From: Takakia lepidozioides
Taxonomy: Eukaryota; Plantae; Bryophyta
DNA length: 64,000 bases
Direction: 5' to 3'
Assembly: GCA_030704615.1 (NCBI GenBank)
Contig: CM060734.1
Coordinates: 49,042,001 to 49,106,000 of the forward strand
Shown here: piece by piece, positions 28,155 to 41,151 of the stretch
Layout: each line of letters begins with the position of its first letter
Position numbering within the stretch: position 1 is the stretch's first letter
Program-made: the position numbers and the translations under genes
Notes under the pieces: generated by a model
The model's input: only the letters and a program-made list of their open reading frames with translations
Database searches by the model: none
Told to the model about the DNA's origin: nothing

Positions 28155-28757
28155 CATGCAGCCTTTTTAGAACCTTCCACGGTCTCTCTCTTTTCTTCTT
28201 TGATTAAGCAGTTCTTGAAAAATTGTGTAAGGTATACTTCCAATTGGAGGTGACCAATGCATTGAGTTACTGCTTTCTTATCCTGTTTTTCATGGCACGT
28301 TCTTTCTTTGTAATTTGCTGTTTGCGTATTAGGGTGGAAGTAGCTGACAGCCTCATACTTAGTGTCATGCTGTCTGTCAACAACGAGTTCATTCTTTATT
28401 CTTGACATATATTTCATGACAAGTGAGCTATAATTCTGTAGTTTCATCTAGTTTGCATGACTGCGTGACAGTTGACATATTATACAGTAGGGGAAGTCGC
28501 AAATGAGCTATGGGAAAGCTCAAGGTATAGGTGTCCCAATGTCCCCACTGGATGGAGGTAGGCCATCAGGGACGTACTCTCTATAGGAAATACAGGACAT
28601 AAACTCTGATAGTCTGTGTTACCTCTAGTGGTGGCTGCTACTGAGATTGTCATCTCTGTGGACATGATTTTGGGCTATGTGCATAGAATGTCGTGCAAGT
28701 TTATGTCCATTGTTGGATAAAACTGGTTTAGTTGTACTTTTCAACCAGGAATCTAGT

Positions 28758-28781
28758 AGAATGTACTCATAAGACATTGTT
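28758..28781 (-). mobile_element. 24-bp 3'-terminal remnant of the same LINE family
   Basis: AGAATGTACTCATAAGACATTGTT is a near match to the reverse complement of the LINE terminus AACAACGTCTTATGAGTACAATCT. Confidence 0.5.
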
Positions 28782-30058
28782 AATCTGAATATACACTCAT
28801 GGAGACACGAATATTCAACCAGGACTTATAGCTGCACCCTTGTCTCTTATATGCCATGTAGCTTGAGTTTAAAATCTGATAACTTGTGTTTTGTTGATTG
28901 GAGTCATGGTTTCTCCAACTGCTGTATAGCTTCCATAGCCACCGAGAGGTCTATCTCTCCAGGTTCTGGAACACTCCTGTAGCCTGTACAACCACAGAGT
29001 GGAATTTTTTTGTTTCCATGTAACTAATAGGACTTTACAAAGTTTTGTTTTTCCCCAGGATACTTGATAATTGATAAACTTGTAATTGAAAATCACACTT
29101 GAATGATACCAATATTGATACCTGAAACCAGCTGGAATTATGATAATAATATTTTGCATTAATTCACGTCGCACACCTGCCTCCTCTTATTAGCTCCTCT
29201 CCCCTCTTCAGCTGAACTCTTCCATCGTACTGTTTCCAGCTCTTTTTTACCTTGCAAAAGCTCTGCTTTGGCTGAAGCAGCCTGCATATCTCCTTCACCT
29301 TTATTTCTTCTTCTTCCTGCTTCTTTGCTAGTTCGGCCTGCTCACATGCTACCCAACCTCTTATATAGTAGAGTGTTATTTAGAATTCTTGAAGTTGTTG
29401 GAATGTCATGTTCCCCCACAGTAAGCCTTCATGGCCCCTGGGGTGGTTATTTTTTCCACCTTAGGTGACTCTTCATTTAATTAATTTGATTAAAAGGACC
29501 ACTGTCCCCTTTTTTTAAAAATAAAAAAATAAATTTTTTTCATTTATTTAGACAAAATATATCTGTCACTGTATATACCACGCCGGTATGAACATTTTGT
29601 GAAACCTTTGGTACTCATACTAGTCTGGTATGTTCTAAACATGATACCAGATCAGAAACTTTATCTTTATATTTACCTTAACCAAATTTCATGCTATTTC
29701 AACAGAAGAGATGAACATTTCATTATTCTGAGTGAAATTGGTATACTCTTAGTGCAATGCATAGGCTGAATTCTCATCAACTACCTTCAGTTGCCAGGCA
29801 TGAGGGAAATAATTACATGAGGTACTTGAAACAAAGTGAGGCACTGACTCCTGTTAGTTACTGCAAGGGGAGGAACTACTCTATCAGAAGTGGCTTCCTA
29901 GCAGATTGTGGTTACCTCTTAGAGCAACCAAAAGTGCAGGGTGACAACACCAAGCGAAGGTTTAATGAACTTATTGTTCCTGCCATACCAGCAGAGACCA
30001 TGAATTGTGCATGAATGCAACACCTGAAAGAGAGCAAGCAGTGTGACTGAAGCAGAAG

Positions 30059-31289
30059 TCAAGATAGCAAAGTAAATGAATTTGCCATCTCCATAAATTG
30101 GTCCTGTACATTTGGCCACATGGCCTCGGATGTCTGAGCATTGAGTGAGTAAAGCTCTCCACCATTTGTTGTATAAACTGCTACATTATGCCTGGAAAAG
30201 GAGTCTGCCTGGACTCTGTATTCTAAAGTGTAATAGACAACACCTTTGTCATCTCTTCTTTCTGCATTCAACAGGGTTGCCATCTTCTTTGAACCTGGTG
30301 GAGCTATAAAGTTCTGTAATATGATCTGTCCTGCTTCCTTTGGCTCCCCAAGATTTTCAAGTCTGCAGCACATCCATCTCCCCATCAGAGAATCCACAAA
30401 AATCCCATGGCAAAACTGGTGCGGACTGGTTATCGACACGGGCTAAAACACAAAATGGGAGCAAGGGTAAAGTAGTATACAAGAGATATGTTACACCACG
30501 TAAGTAGGGAGCAATAGGGAGAGAAGATCATCGTACTTGAAACCAGGTAAGGCAGGCGCCACCACAATGCTCACATTCAGCTCTCCATTGGAGCCCGGGG
30601 GTCCAAATGCCACAGCGGGCTCAACAATACTGCTGCGAAATCGCTGCTGCGGAGAGGGTAGATCGAGTGACCGCTCCCTCTCCGCTCTTTCAATTGCCCG
30701 GTACAGTAGACGCTGATCTCCCACCCAGGTAGCGGGATAGATGAACTCTGTCTTCCCAGACCATGCTTATGCCTAATATGTAAGCAATTGGAAGAGAGCT
30801 TTGGAAACGCTGTACTCTGAGGTTAGAGCGGAACGAGAAGGTGTACGTACCGAAACGTTTGCTGGGCTCAAAGCATCGCTTGTAACCCATTACCGGGTAC
30901 AGCACATCGGCCCTTATCTTCCGAGACACAGCTCCATTAGCTGAGAGGACAGAGCTGGTGACCCCCCCTAGATTGCCTCCGAAGGCCGCTAGAAGCGCCA
31001 CCGATACCCCCACCACAAACCGTCTTGGCACCACTAATTGCGCAGCAGTGTCAGAGCTTAAAGACTCCGACGATGTAAACTTCCCAAAGCCTGCACCTCT
31101 GGACTCGTTATCATCTTGCATGCAAACAGTATTTCTTTCTCTCCACAACGTCCGCCCTTTGCCCCTCTTCCGTCCACCGCACCCCAATTCAGACCTTCTC
31201 ACAACACTTGGGTGGGGATGTAGAGAGAACGATAAACCCACAGAGGGTCTGCACCATTGCCCAGCGAGCGTAGCAACGCAGGCGGCCAT
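30059..31289 (-). CDS. PPD7: PsbP domain-containing protein 7, chloroplast lumen; 3 exons
   Basis: Transit peptide, then FGGNLGGVTS, DVLYPVMGYKRC, EFIYPATWVGDQRLLYRA, EPAVAFGPPGSNGELNVS, YYTLEYRV, RHNVAV and LYSLNAQ. Confidence 0.9.
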
Positions 31290-31977
31290 GGCCAATGGGA
31301 TGTGCTAATACAAGGGTCCCCACATGTCCTCGAGACACACAAAGAGGAGCTGGCATCTCCTAGTCCAGATATGTTTTGATCAGCTTTGAAGATGGGTACT
31401 GACTACTGACTACTGACCCTATCTTTATTATTCTCAAGCTGCGTACCAAAAGATCGAGATCGTGATGCCGTTGATGAACATTGCACCATGATCATTCTTC
31501 AAGATTTTGGCGTTTACAACTTCTTGATCCTTTTTCCGAAAGCTTCGTAGTTTCTCTAGAGCCTGGAAAGGCAATTTGTCATCTCGAGTAATATGTTGAT
31601 CGAAGTATCTGGGTCTCTCTCTAGTCGAGCGAATTCTAGAGCATTGGGTCCGATCTTCGTGAATGAAAACGGATCTTCACAAATTGCCTATGACTTCGTC
31701 TCTTTCATGAGCTCGCTCTAATTTCGCACACAGATTGCGCTACCTGAAGCCGAGCTGTGACAAAAGTGCTGCTCGAGGTCTTCGATCCTCACCAAGGGAG
31801 ATGACCCATTCCCGTACAAATCTCAACCTTTGTCCCACGGGAATGTAGTAGTATTCCTCTCTCCAGCATACCTGCGAATTCCTCATCGAGGTTGCTGAAA
31901 TGTATGGATGTTCTTTGCCCATCATTTCCTGAAGGGACAGTCTCTTCCTAGGCTTTAACGAGGCCTGTTCGGTCTTT

Positions 31978-34046
31978 AGAATGCCCTGGCTAATTCACAT
32001 CGCAGTCTCACATCCTTGTTTATGAATTCAACCATGGTTTTATGGACAGAACCATTATAGATATATAGATGTATACCTGACAGTCCACTGTACACACAAA
32101 AATACATCAGGTTTTTGGTTGGTTTGCGAGCTAGTTTGATCTCTAGAACCATTGGCTCAGTGTCACCTGTCCTCAGCAAGGCTGTGTATGGCAACCACTA
32201 CAGAGGGGTAAATTATCCGCGGGCAGCCATGTATGAACACTGTCGGATCACCAGCCCAAATGATACACTTCAGTTCTCAACACATAATTTTAATATAACG
32301 CACTACAGTATTTCGCTCAACCTTGTATGGACCTTGCACTAACAGAATGATGATGAAGTCAGGCTTGCCAGCATGTACAGTGTGGCTGTCCAAAGCCTTT
32401 GACACCGGGTTACGGATCACAATCACCAAACTATGTGTGAGCCCTTAGCCTAGATATGTGAAGGCAGATGGCTTGCTTACGGTCAGAAGGCTCTGCAAGG
32501 GTGTAGACTGTTGATCATAAGCTGTGGCAGCCAAGCTAACATCCACACAGATACAAGCATTCTAACTAACTCTGTGATACTACATACTTATAAGTAATGA
32601 AAGCACATAGGTCAAAAGAACATAACCTCATTTGAAGTGGCCCATTCCCGCAAGTATTGACTCCATGGAAATGGCCTTGCTGAAACACGTAATGTAGGCA
32701 CTTGTGCTTGGTTCGGCAGTATTGTCTAGCATGACAATACTGCTTCTAAAGGGCAGTTCTGTAAAACATATGTGACGCTAAGTTCATATCCAAGCCACCA
32801 CCACCATCTGGCCAGTAACCCTTCAAGAAAGATCACCATGACACAATGATGCGAAGTCAAGTGACCAAGCAAACCATTTCTCAAATTCTCCGATAACATG
32901 ATAGGATTCCAAAAGCCACCTTGAGCCAGAAGTGCCTTGAAAGCTCATTTCTTCAACTAACCTTTGCCAGAAGTACTAAGATCTGTGGCAACTTGCCCTC
33001 CCGTGGCAGTCTTTTGCAGATAAGAGATCCCTGCTACCCTCGTACTTTCAAACTATCTTTCCCAGCCAGTGCTCAGCTATAAAAATGGGAAATCGTACAG
33101 AGTCAAAAGAGAAAAATGTTCATCAGGCTAGTCATCAAGAGCATGGAGAAGATCCCGCACTTCCTGCTTAAGCACACAGTTTTGACTGGAAGGGAGCCAT
33201 ATGAACGTCAATCTCTTTACTGCTCAGTTTGCGTTCGTACGCCTCCACAGTAGCAATAGGGTAGCAATCTGCTTTTGCTGCAGCTTCTCTACCATCTCCT
33301 TTTCCTTATGCAGTAAGGCCTCCACCTGCATGCCCAGGTGTGTCATTTCACCTCTTGAAGCCTCATGGCACCGTCAGACACTCAACCCCTTGTCGTACTG
33401 CAACTACAGTTTCTTTCGCAGCAGTAGTTGGGAGGACGCCTCCACAGTAGCAATAGGGTAGCAATCTGCTTTTGCTGCAGCTTCTCTACCATCTCCTTCT
33501 CCTTATCCAGTAAGACCTCCACGTGCATGCCCAGGTGTGTCATTTCACCTCTTGAAGCCTCATGGCACCGTCAGACATTCAACCCCTTGTCGTACTGCAA
33601 CTACAGTTTCTTTCACAGCAGTAGTTGGGAGGACAGGCCTGCACCCGACTGGTACTTCTTCTCAAATTTGAGCTGACCTATCAACCCAGTAAAACCTATC
33701 TTCTACAGATGAGACTTCTGTGTCTGCTCTAATAACAACTGAAATGACCTGGGTTGGATTGGGCTGGCAGGTGGTGGATGCAATGCAAAGGTTGCAGAAG
33801 GTGATGGGAGTGCATGCAACTGCAGGTGAGCGCTTGGAGGCGTCACTGCGTGAGGTGGCACGATCTGGTGACACAGCACCCTACAAAGTGGCACGCAAAG
33901 CAGCTGATGCCACATGGAAAGATACATCCAAGGACCTCCAGGCCCTCTTTGATTCTTTCCATGCCTCATCCCGTTCTTCCTCTCTTCTGCCTAAGGTGTG
34001 GACACAGTCTCACTCATGTACCCTACAAGATTGTAAGCTATGTGTA
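31978..34046. pseudogene. Rearranged duplicate of the OST1 3' end and downstream flank (source ~9151-10917)
   Basis: Colinear high-identity copy from 31978. Contains a ~197-bp tandem duplication (33240-33436 and 33437-33633) and a frameshifting 10-bp duplication. The penultimate exon region is inverted (33724-34046 is the reverse complement of 10595-10917). Confidence 0.92.
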
Positions 34047-34297
34047 AGCATTGAGTGCGGAAACCCCGTTACCTTGCAGTGATAGCTACGTCCACTTGTA
34101 CTCCAGAATGGCGTATTCGACAACATTGTATGGCCCCTTTGGTGGAAAAAGTTCGAGATTTGAGCACTTCCCAAAAATCTTTTGAATGCTGAGGTAGTCA
34201 TCTCCTTCTGGTGAGAACCCGGTCCACTTGGGCCCATTAAAACTGGATGCTTGGAACATTGAATCCGAGTGACAATTGTCGAGTGATCTAGAAGAGT

Positions 34298-34988
34298 CTA
34301 GAAGAGTTGATCACTCGGATTCACAGTTGAATCACCTTGATGCAGTTTGAGGAAGTCTCCACAATTTGTCTCAAAGTCAGATATTCCTGCCAATTTATTG
34401 AACTTACCTGTATCATAGTCCTTGCTAAACTTCTGCTGCATACCCGTCCCATGAATCTGGCTTATGAAACCAATGAATTCATTAACTAGAGACAAGCCAA
34501 GGTCTTTCGCAAATTTTTTTCGCACTGGTTTTAATTTCTGCACATTTAAACAACATAACAAGTTTAGACAGATTTGCAGACTATCAGGATTCAGAAAATT
34601 CAGAATCTGATCAGATGAATATACAGCAGCCAAATCAACTCTACATAGTAATCAATTAAAGAAATTTGGATACCTTAAGCGATTTCTCATGCTCCGCTAT
34701 CTTGCTATTTAATTCTTCGATCTCCTTGTCCCGCCGTTCATTTGAACTCTTGATCTCCTTGTCCCACCGTTTATTTGAACTCTTGATCTCCCTGTCCCGC
34801 CATTTCTGGCCTCGCTGAATAGAAATTAGCATATTGAACACCTCTTGATACTTGTCAGTGGGGCTCTCAGGGGAGCTCTCAACGGGGCTCTCAAGGGGGC
34901 TCCCAAAGGGGCTGCTAGAGGTTTTCCCGGGGGGGCTTCGCTTTCGCTTTCGCCCCATTTGCACCTGGCGCCATTGGGGAGATATCAA
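34298..34988 (-). other. Unidentified coding-like segment with 12-bp and 33-bp tandem repeats
   Basis: ORF 34656-34988 contains RKRKR, SP(L/V)E repeats and three RD(R/K)EI(KSSN) coiled-coil repeats. ORF 34298-34633 follows. No family recognised. Confidence 0.35.
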
Positions 34989-35684
34989 GATTCTTCAAAA
35001 ACCGTACATCGCTGATCGATCGCTTCCACTGTGATCACAGTGACACCTGCAAATTTAAGATTCATAAAGGACATTTACAACAAACGTACTCACAAAGAGG
35101 AACACGGCAGACCAGACATGAGTACATAACTGATCGACCTAAAGAGGAAGCCACAAACCGTCCAGCTGAAACTAAGCTCGAATGAAGCTCAGATCTTAGC
35201 ACTACCTGAAAGCAGATGCCTTTGAGAAACTCATGCTATCCTTAAGACATCAATATGCCTGTTGTGATACCTAGGGGAACACACAGAAATTCAATCTAAA
35301 TCTGCAGCTTGGCTGTTCTGGACTGCTTGCAGGATAGACTAGTGAGCTGGATACATGTGTAGAGCTACATTTGGTTTTCTTAATTGATAACAACAAACTT
35401 GCGGACCTATACAACCTTACTAAAGGCTCTTCTAGATCACTCGACAATCCCACTGATCTACTGGACAATGCCCGCTGAAGTGAATTCAAATTATCAAGAT
35501 TGGAGTAACTGATTAGAGCTCTTTCGGTACAATTGACCATGGCTCTTGAATCAAGCATTCCAGGATCAAATAAGTGGACAGCTGCAAATTACTGAATCTG
35601 CTAACTTGCGTAGTGATATAATAAAGCTCAAGCCCTGGAAAACCACCCGTATAGCTCTGACATCACATCTTCAGTCCAGAAACC

Positions 35685-35925
35685 ATGGAGGGGTCTCAAC
35701 TATTCCCAGGGTAGATTGCAGCTAGAGAAATGATCTTATATGGATGTCTTGGCTCAGATATGGAGGGCGGCCGCAATGGAATTTCTGACCACTTTGACCC
35801 TAATGTTTATGAGCATCTCTGCGACAATTTCAATCCTGGAGCAGGGCTATTCCAGTCCCATCACAGCACTCACAATAATACAAGTGCCATTCTGTCTTTC
35901 TGTATTCTGGGGGCTGCTCCTCTCT
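35685..35925 (+). pseudogene. Aquaporin (MIP, XIP-like) 5' fragment with a frameshift
   Basis: IWRAAAMEFLTTLTLMFMSISATIS (TM1 with the conserved E), then after a frame change ILSFCILGAAPLS (TM2). It breaks off just before the expected SGGHxNP loop. TATA-like TATATAATAAA at ~35616. Confidence 0.5.
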
Positions 35926-36959
35926 CTCTAGAATCTCCAACCCTCGATTTCCACTATTTCTCTCTCTGTCTCAAAAGATTCTTCTCTAATTATTGAACTC
36001 TTATGTGGGCCTATCCTCGATCTGACTTGTCCATACTGGAATGTGACTGGCCCATTACTATACAGGCTCTCGCAAGATGTCCCTTTCTCACACTATGGTA
36101 TACTGTCAGTTCACACCCTGTGTTACCACTGTGTAGGGTCAGATGACTATATACATTGGCAGCATTTGAGATTAGTGTCATGTACTAATCTCCAATTTAA
36201 TGCCTCAATCTGGTCAGTCCTTGGCTGTGAGCACGAGGAATAAAGATTTGTTAGGTTCATGTGTACCCTGCCAGATAAAATCCAGTTGAAAACCCACAAA
36301 TGGGCCCTTGTTCCCTTATCAAGGAGATGTAACAGCCAAGGAGCCCATGCTGAGCGCAAAACTTAATTGAGGGTTAAGATTGATAATTGGACTTCCTTTC
36401 TCTCTCCTCTGTGTTCAAAAGAAAAGTTAATAATCTCAAGAGGGTGCTTGGATACTGACCTTGACAACAAAGCTGGCGCAAGTAGAGCCGGGTGCTTGGC
36501 GTGTGATGTAGAGTACGGTTTGTACTGGGCTGCTGTACCCCGTCAGCAAGTTGCAACTGTGAATAACCGGTTGAGATGTCGAAGGCGCAGTACTTGTGGA
36601 GTGGTCGTAACAAATAGTGATTTAACAACTCGAGAGCTGCTAGAGGCAGATGAGCAATTTACTAACCGGATAACACAACTCCTTGGAGCGTACACATGTT
36701 GGTCACATATGGATTGAAGAAAAGAAAAATTGTAGGCGCCTAGGAGTTTGCGCCTAGGTAGTTTTCAAGATGGAGATAGCATATACCAATTTTACTTCTA
36801 CTCTTACACATGCTACAATGGAGGATGGGTTCCACCCGCTTGTGGTGTAATCAGCCTTCGTCCAGATGACACACATACTGTGGAAGCTGCAAACATGTAC
36901 GCTTGCCAACTTCCACTACATTGAGGATTGTTCACCAGTTAGACAGCCTTTTTCTCAGA

Positions 36960-37282
36960 TGAAATGTAAGATAGATACCAGTCAGCGCAGAATTAAGCCA
37001 TCGTACATGAAAACAATCGGCTCCTCTTGACCACACGCGCATGTCCAGGATCATTCCGCAAGAGAAGTGATGAACTTGGCGCATAGGAGAAGCACCTTGA
37101 TAGTAAAGGTTATCAACACCACATCACTGAAGGGGCTGCCCAAAAGTGAAGTTTACGAAACGCTGCCACCATTAGACATGTACATAAAATCTTCGAGAGG
37201 AACACCATAGCCCAGCGCGATCGTCACCTTCCACCCTCCAAAAACTGGAAAAGTAGCGTGCCTCCAACTTGTGCTCTGTGTG
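36960..37282 (-). pseudogene. Second piece of the OST1 duplicate (exon 5 and flanking intron, source ~11911-12232)
   Basis: Direct similarity to 11911-12232 with indels that disrupt [10 protein letters not shown]. Confidence 0.88.
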
Positions 37283-37569
37283 CCGGGTTAGCACACGTTT
37301 AGGGTTAACGTATGCTATGACGTATGCTAGTTAGCGTTTGACGTATATGCTAGTTCACAGTTTCAGAGACGAGTTAACGTATGCTATCTACGCTTGAAGC
37401 ACAGATAGTGTTTGTTGCCTCTCCAGGACAGCGGGAGCCCTGCTAGAAGAGGGGTCTTGTCCAAGCTAGAGATTAAGAGGAAGAAGCGAATTCTGTAGAG
37501 AGCTTGAGAGCTCGGAATTCGAGAGAGAGAGGGAGAGAGAGGGAGTAAAGAGTAGAGATAGATGCGAGC

Positions 37570-38055
37570 ATGGCAGCCCACGACTTCTATATGTTTTCAG
37601 ATGATTACTATCAAAGGTTGCCAGATGGGTCAGACATGTCCGTGGAGAGCACTGGAAGCATACCAATGAGTATGAGCAATGGCGGAAATTCGGTATCTAT
37701 GTCCATGACAGACAGCAGCGTGGCTTCCAATAACTCTCTGCGGACTATCCTTATGCACCCTGATCTCCGGACACGAACAGGTACCCGGAATGCCTCAGTT
37801 TCGCATAGTGTGGTGTTGCCAGGCGTTGTGTCACATGCCATCGGGGAAGACATGCTTGCAGCAGCCCTAATGGATAACAGGTTTGTGATGTTCTGAGCTT
37901 CTCATTGTACACCATGTGTGGTGGGGTCTTTCTCTCTCTCACTCCAGATTCAAGCAATGGCACAAAGGGCAGTCCACAATAGGAAAGTGATAAACAATCC
38001 CCTTTTAGAGCTGGCATATATGTTTAAAAGCCTGATGCTAGGTTAACTATATATG

Positions 38056-38115
<60 letters not shown>

Positions 38116-40031
38116 CTCCCCCCCCCCCTCCTCTTTCTAGTTGCCCTGAAGTTCTTTTTAAGGTTATCGGCTAGCTGCACTTCTGTAGGGGGTCCTGGAG
38201 CAATATTAGTAGCCTCCATCCTTTCCAGCTCTTCCTCTGTCCTACCTCTACCCAGATTCATGGCAGGAATGGTGTATTGGATGGATTAGTTGTCTTGACA
38301 ATCAGCATGGTTTGTGGGCCATAGGCATTTCCAGTCTTAGGGCATATGATCGAAGTGAAGTTTTCATTTCACATCACACTGCAAAGTAGAGTTCTTATGG
38401 GTGGTGTCAGACATGTTTCCCAAATAGCAGTATTGACGAAATCATGAGTTGATGAAAAAGTGTATAACCTGCAACAGGTGTCCAACTGAGGGGTTGGAAG
38501 GCTATGACGACTGGACTATTGATTTGCACCGGCTTAATATGGGCCCGGCATTTGCACAAGGTGCATTTGGACGCTTGTACAAGGGTACTTATAATGGCGA
38601 AGATGTAGCCGTCAAGATCTTGGAAAGGCCAGAGAACAATTCGGAAAAAGCAATGTTAATGGAGTCTGCCTTTGCCAAGGAAGTGACTATGCTGGCCACT
38701 GTAAAGCATCAGAATGTGGTGCGATTCATTGGGGCATGCCGGAAACCGCTGGTTTGGTGCATTGTGACAGAGTATGCCAAGGGTGGTTCAGTTCGGTCAT
38801 TTCTTAGTAGACGGCAATCCCGTGCCGTCCCGCTCAAGGTTGCTGTGAAGCAGGCATTGGACATCGCAAAGGGCATGGAGTACTTGCATAGCCTGGAAAT
38901 TATTCACAGGGATCTCAAGTCGGATAACTTGCTGATTGCAACTGATAAGTCCATCAAAATTGCCGATTTTGGTGCTGCAAGGATTGAGGTGCAAGTTGAA
39001 GGCATGACTCCAGAAACTGGGACATATCGCTGGATGGCCCCGTAAGCTTCTTACTCACCAATGTGTGTTGTGCAATGGCATCAAGTCCATCTTAGTAGTT
39101 CTGTTTGTGTGTGTAGTGTCTGCTTGGCAACAGTCTCCCTGAGGGTTTATTTCTGATTATCCTAGTTCAGTTTGCATGGTTTAGTACGTCTCTCAACAAT
39201 ATGTCCAGGTATATAGATTCCCTCTCCCCCCCCCCCCCCCCGGTCAATCGGCACTATTTCCAGGATAGCAGGACAAGCTCTGGTCCCTCGCGATGCTTGG
39301 GAAGTTGTACACAGGCATGCGCTTAATATTTGGTGTACATGACAACTGGGAGTGTTCTCAGAAAGGTTGCATGCTTTGCAGGTTATTTGTTCTTAAATGT
39401 TTAAATCCAGAAAATTAAACATGCAATTTATAAGCCATTTCTAGATGACATTGAGCCAGAGAACTGTAGTCACATTACACATACAAGATCAAACTCTCCT
39501 GGCTTCAAATTGTACTATTTCTCTTTAATCTTTTGAAGGTCCAGACTAAAACAGGTATAAGTATCATCAAAAGGAGTTATTTGAGATTCCTCAAGTATAA
39601 GTGGTTACGGGGACAGAAACAAAAGCAGACGGAGATGGGAGGTTGTACTTATGTTTCTCCTCACCATGGGGTCGGGTGGGAGCAGGGAAATGATACAACA
39701 CAGACCCTATACGCACAAGGTTGATGTCTACAGCTTCGGCATTGTGCTTTGGGAGCTCATTACTGGATTATTGCCATTTCAAAACATGACAGCGGTTCAA
39801 GCAGCATTCGCTGTAGTGAATCGAGGGGTTCGACCGCCCATCCCAGGTGATTGCCCTCCTGCACTGGCAGAGATTATGTCGCGCTGCTGGGATGCCAATC
39901 CAGATGTTCGACCTGGGTTTGTGCTAGTTGTCAAGATGTTGCAGCAAGCACAGGAAGAAATCATGTTAACAGTACGCCGTGCTAGATTTCGCGGGTGCGC
40001 ATGCATTGCCCGGCCACTCACGAGCGACTGA
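37570..40031 (+). CDS. STY13: Group C Raf-like STY protein kinase (STY13/Raf22/Raf28-like); exons 37570-37880, 38478-39041, 39686-40031
   Basis: [57 protein letters not shown] and [26 protein letters not shown] junctions are in frame. Confidence 0.93.
38058..38111. repeat. (CT)n microsatellite in the kinase intron
   Basis: About 27 uninterrupted TC/CT units. Confidence 0.95.
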
Positions 40032-40783
40032 TAAGCAATAAGCCTTTGGGCCTCTCTTCCTCTGTATAGCCTTTCTTTGGAAAGGTGGGGTTTCTGAGGG
40101 AGGGGGCAAGGGTGTCAAGCTTGGTGAGGTGTCCAATTTGTATATTGCAATTTGATGTGTTATAGTAAGACTTTTGGTGAAGTCCCCACATTCCTTTTCT
40201 TCTCTAGCTGCTCTCTTGCCGGCATGGATCTCGTGGGGGCTCCTCACAAGAAAGCATTGCTAGTGTAATCTATTCAATTACTGTCAGAAGTAGGCAAGAG
40301 ATAGAGACTTTGATCTTTCTTTTTCTCGTAACAGCTTCAGTCATAGGGCACCACTAGACATCAATGGGAATATGCCTGAAAATGTCGGAGAACCAAGAGC
40401 TTTTATTGCTTAACAACAAAATTAGGCAAATGTTTTCATAGTATGAAGAATAGAAAGGCTCGCCGAAAAATCTGTAATGGCAAAATGTCGATGTCTCCTT
40501 AGAAAAGCAGATGATGTGAGGCTTTAATACAGGTCTCTCTCTTTTGCTTTCTGTCAGTGCAATATATTTCTCTCCTCTTCTCTCAAGATTTCTCTGTGTG
40601 AGGTGCTTTGTCTTCAGATGACTCTTGGTGTTTTTGAAGTGGTGATCTCATTGTCCTACCGCAGGGACAAAAGCTATCATGATCACATAATAATCCATAT
40701 CAGATTTAAGTATCTAATTGCAGACGACAATGATCAAATCAAAGCTTCCAATACCACGGGCGAAATCCAAACCCTGCGAGTTA

Positions 40784-41110
40784 GGAAGGACATCTGAAGA
40801 AAGGGCAGGGAGGCCAAGTGGATTCAGAAAGAGTCTTCAGGCAAGGTTTTTATGGACATCATTCTAGATGACATGACCTGCCGTCTCTGTAGACCTCTAC
40901 CTGGAGGCAGAGAGAGGGACAGAGAGAGGCTGTAATTGCTTTCTCCATACAATAGCGCCCCTAACTGGAAGGACATCTGAAGAAAGGACAGGGAGGCCAA
41001 AGTGGATTCAGAAAGAGTTTTGAGGCAAGGTTTTTATGGACATCATTCCAGATAACGTGACCTGTCCATCAGTCTCTGTAGACCTCTACCTGGAGGCAGA
41101 GAGAGGGACA
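40784..41110. repeat. ~140-bp direct repeat, two copies
   Basis: 40784-40921 and 40967-41110 both run GGAAGGACATCTGAAGAAAGG...GGCAGAGAGAGGGACA. Confidence 0.9.
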
Positions 41111-41151
41111 AGGGGGAAGAATTGCATATGACAATGAACAGAGAAGAGAAT

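Noticed and set aside
31330-31975. Degenerate minus-strand coding sequence upstream of PPD7
   Set aside because: Coding-like composition but multiple stops and no family recognised.
37296-37308. Second piggyBac-like end (GTTTAGGG|TTAA)
   Set aside because: No matching left end was found, and it lies within filler-like junction DNA.
38043-38289. ORFs with (ER)n or (LS)n runs
   Set aside because: Translation artefacts of the (CT)n microsatellite.
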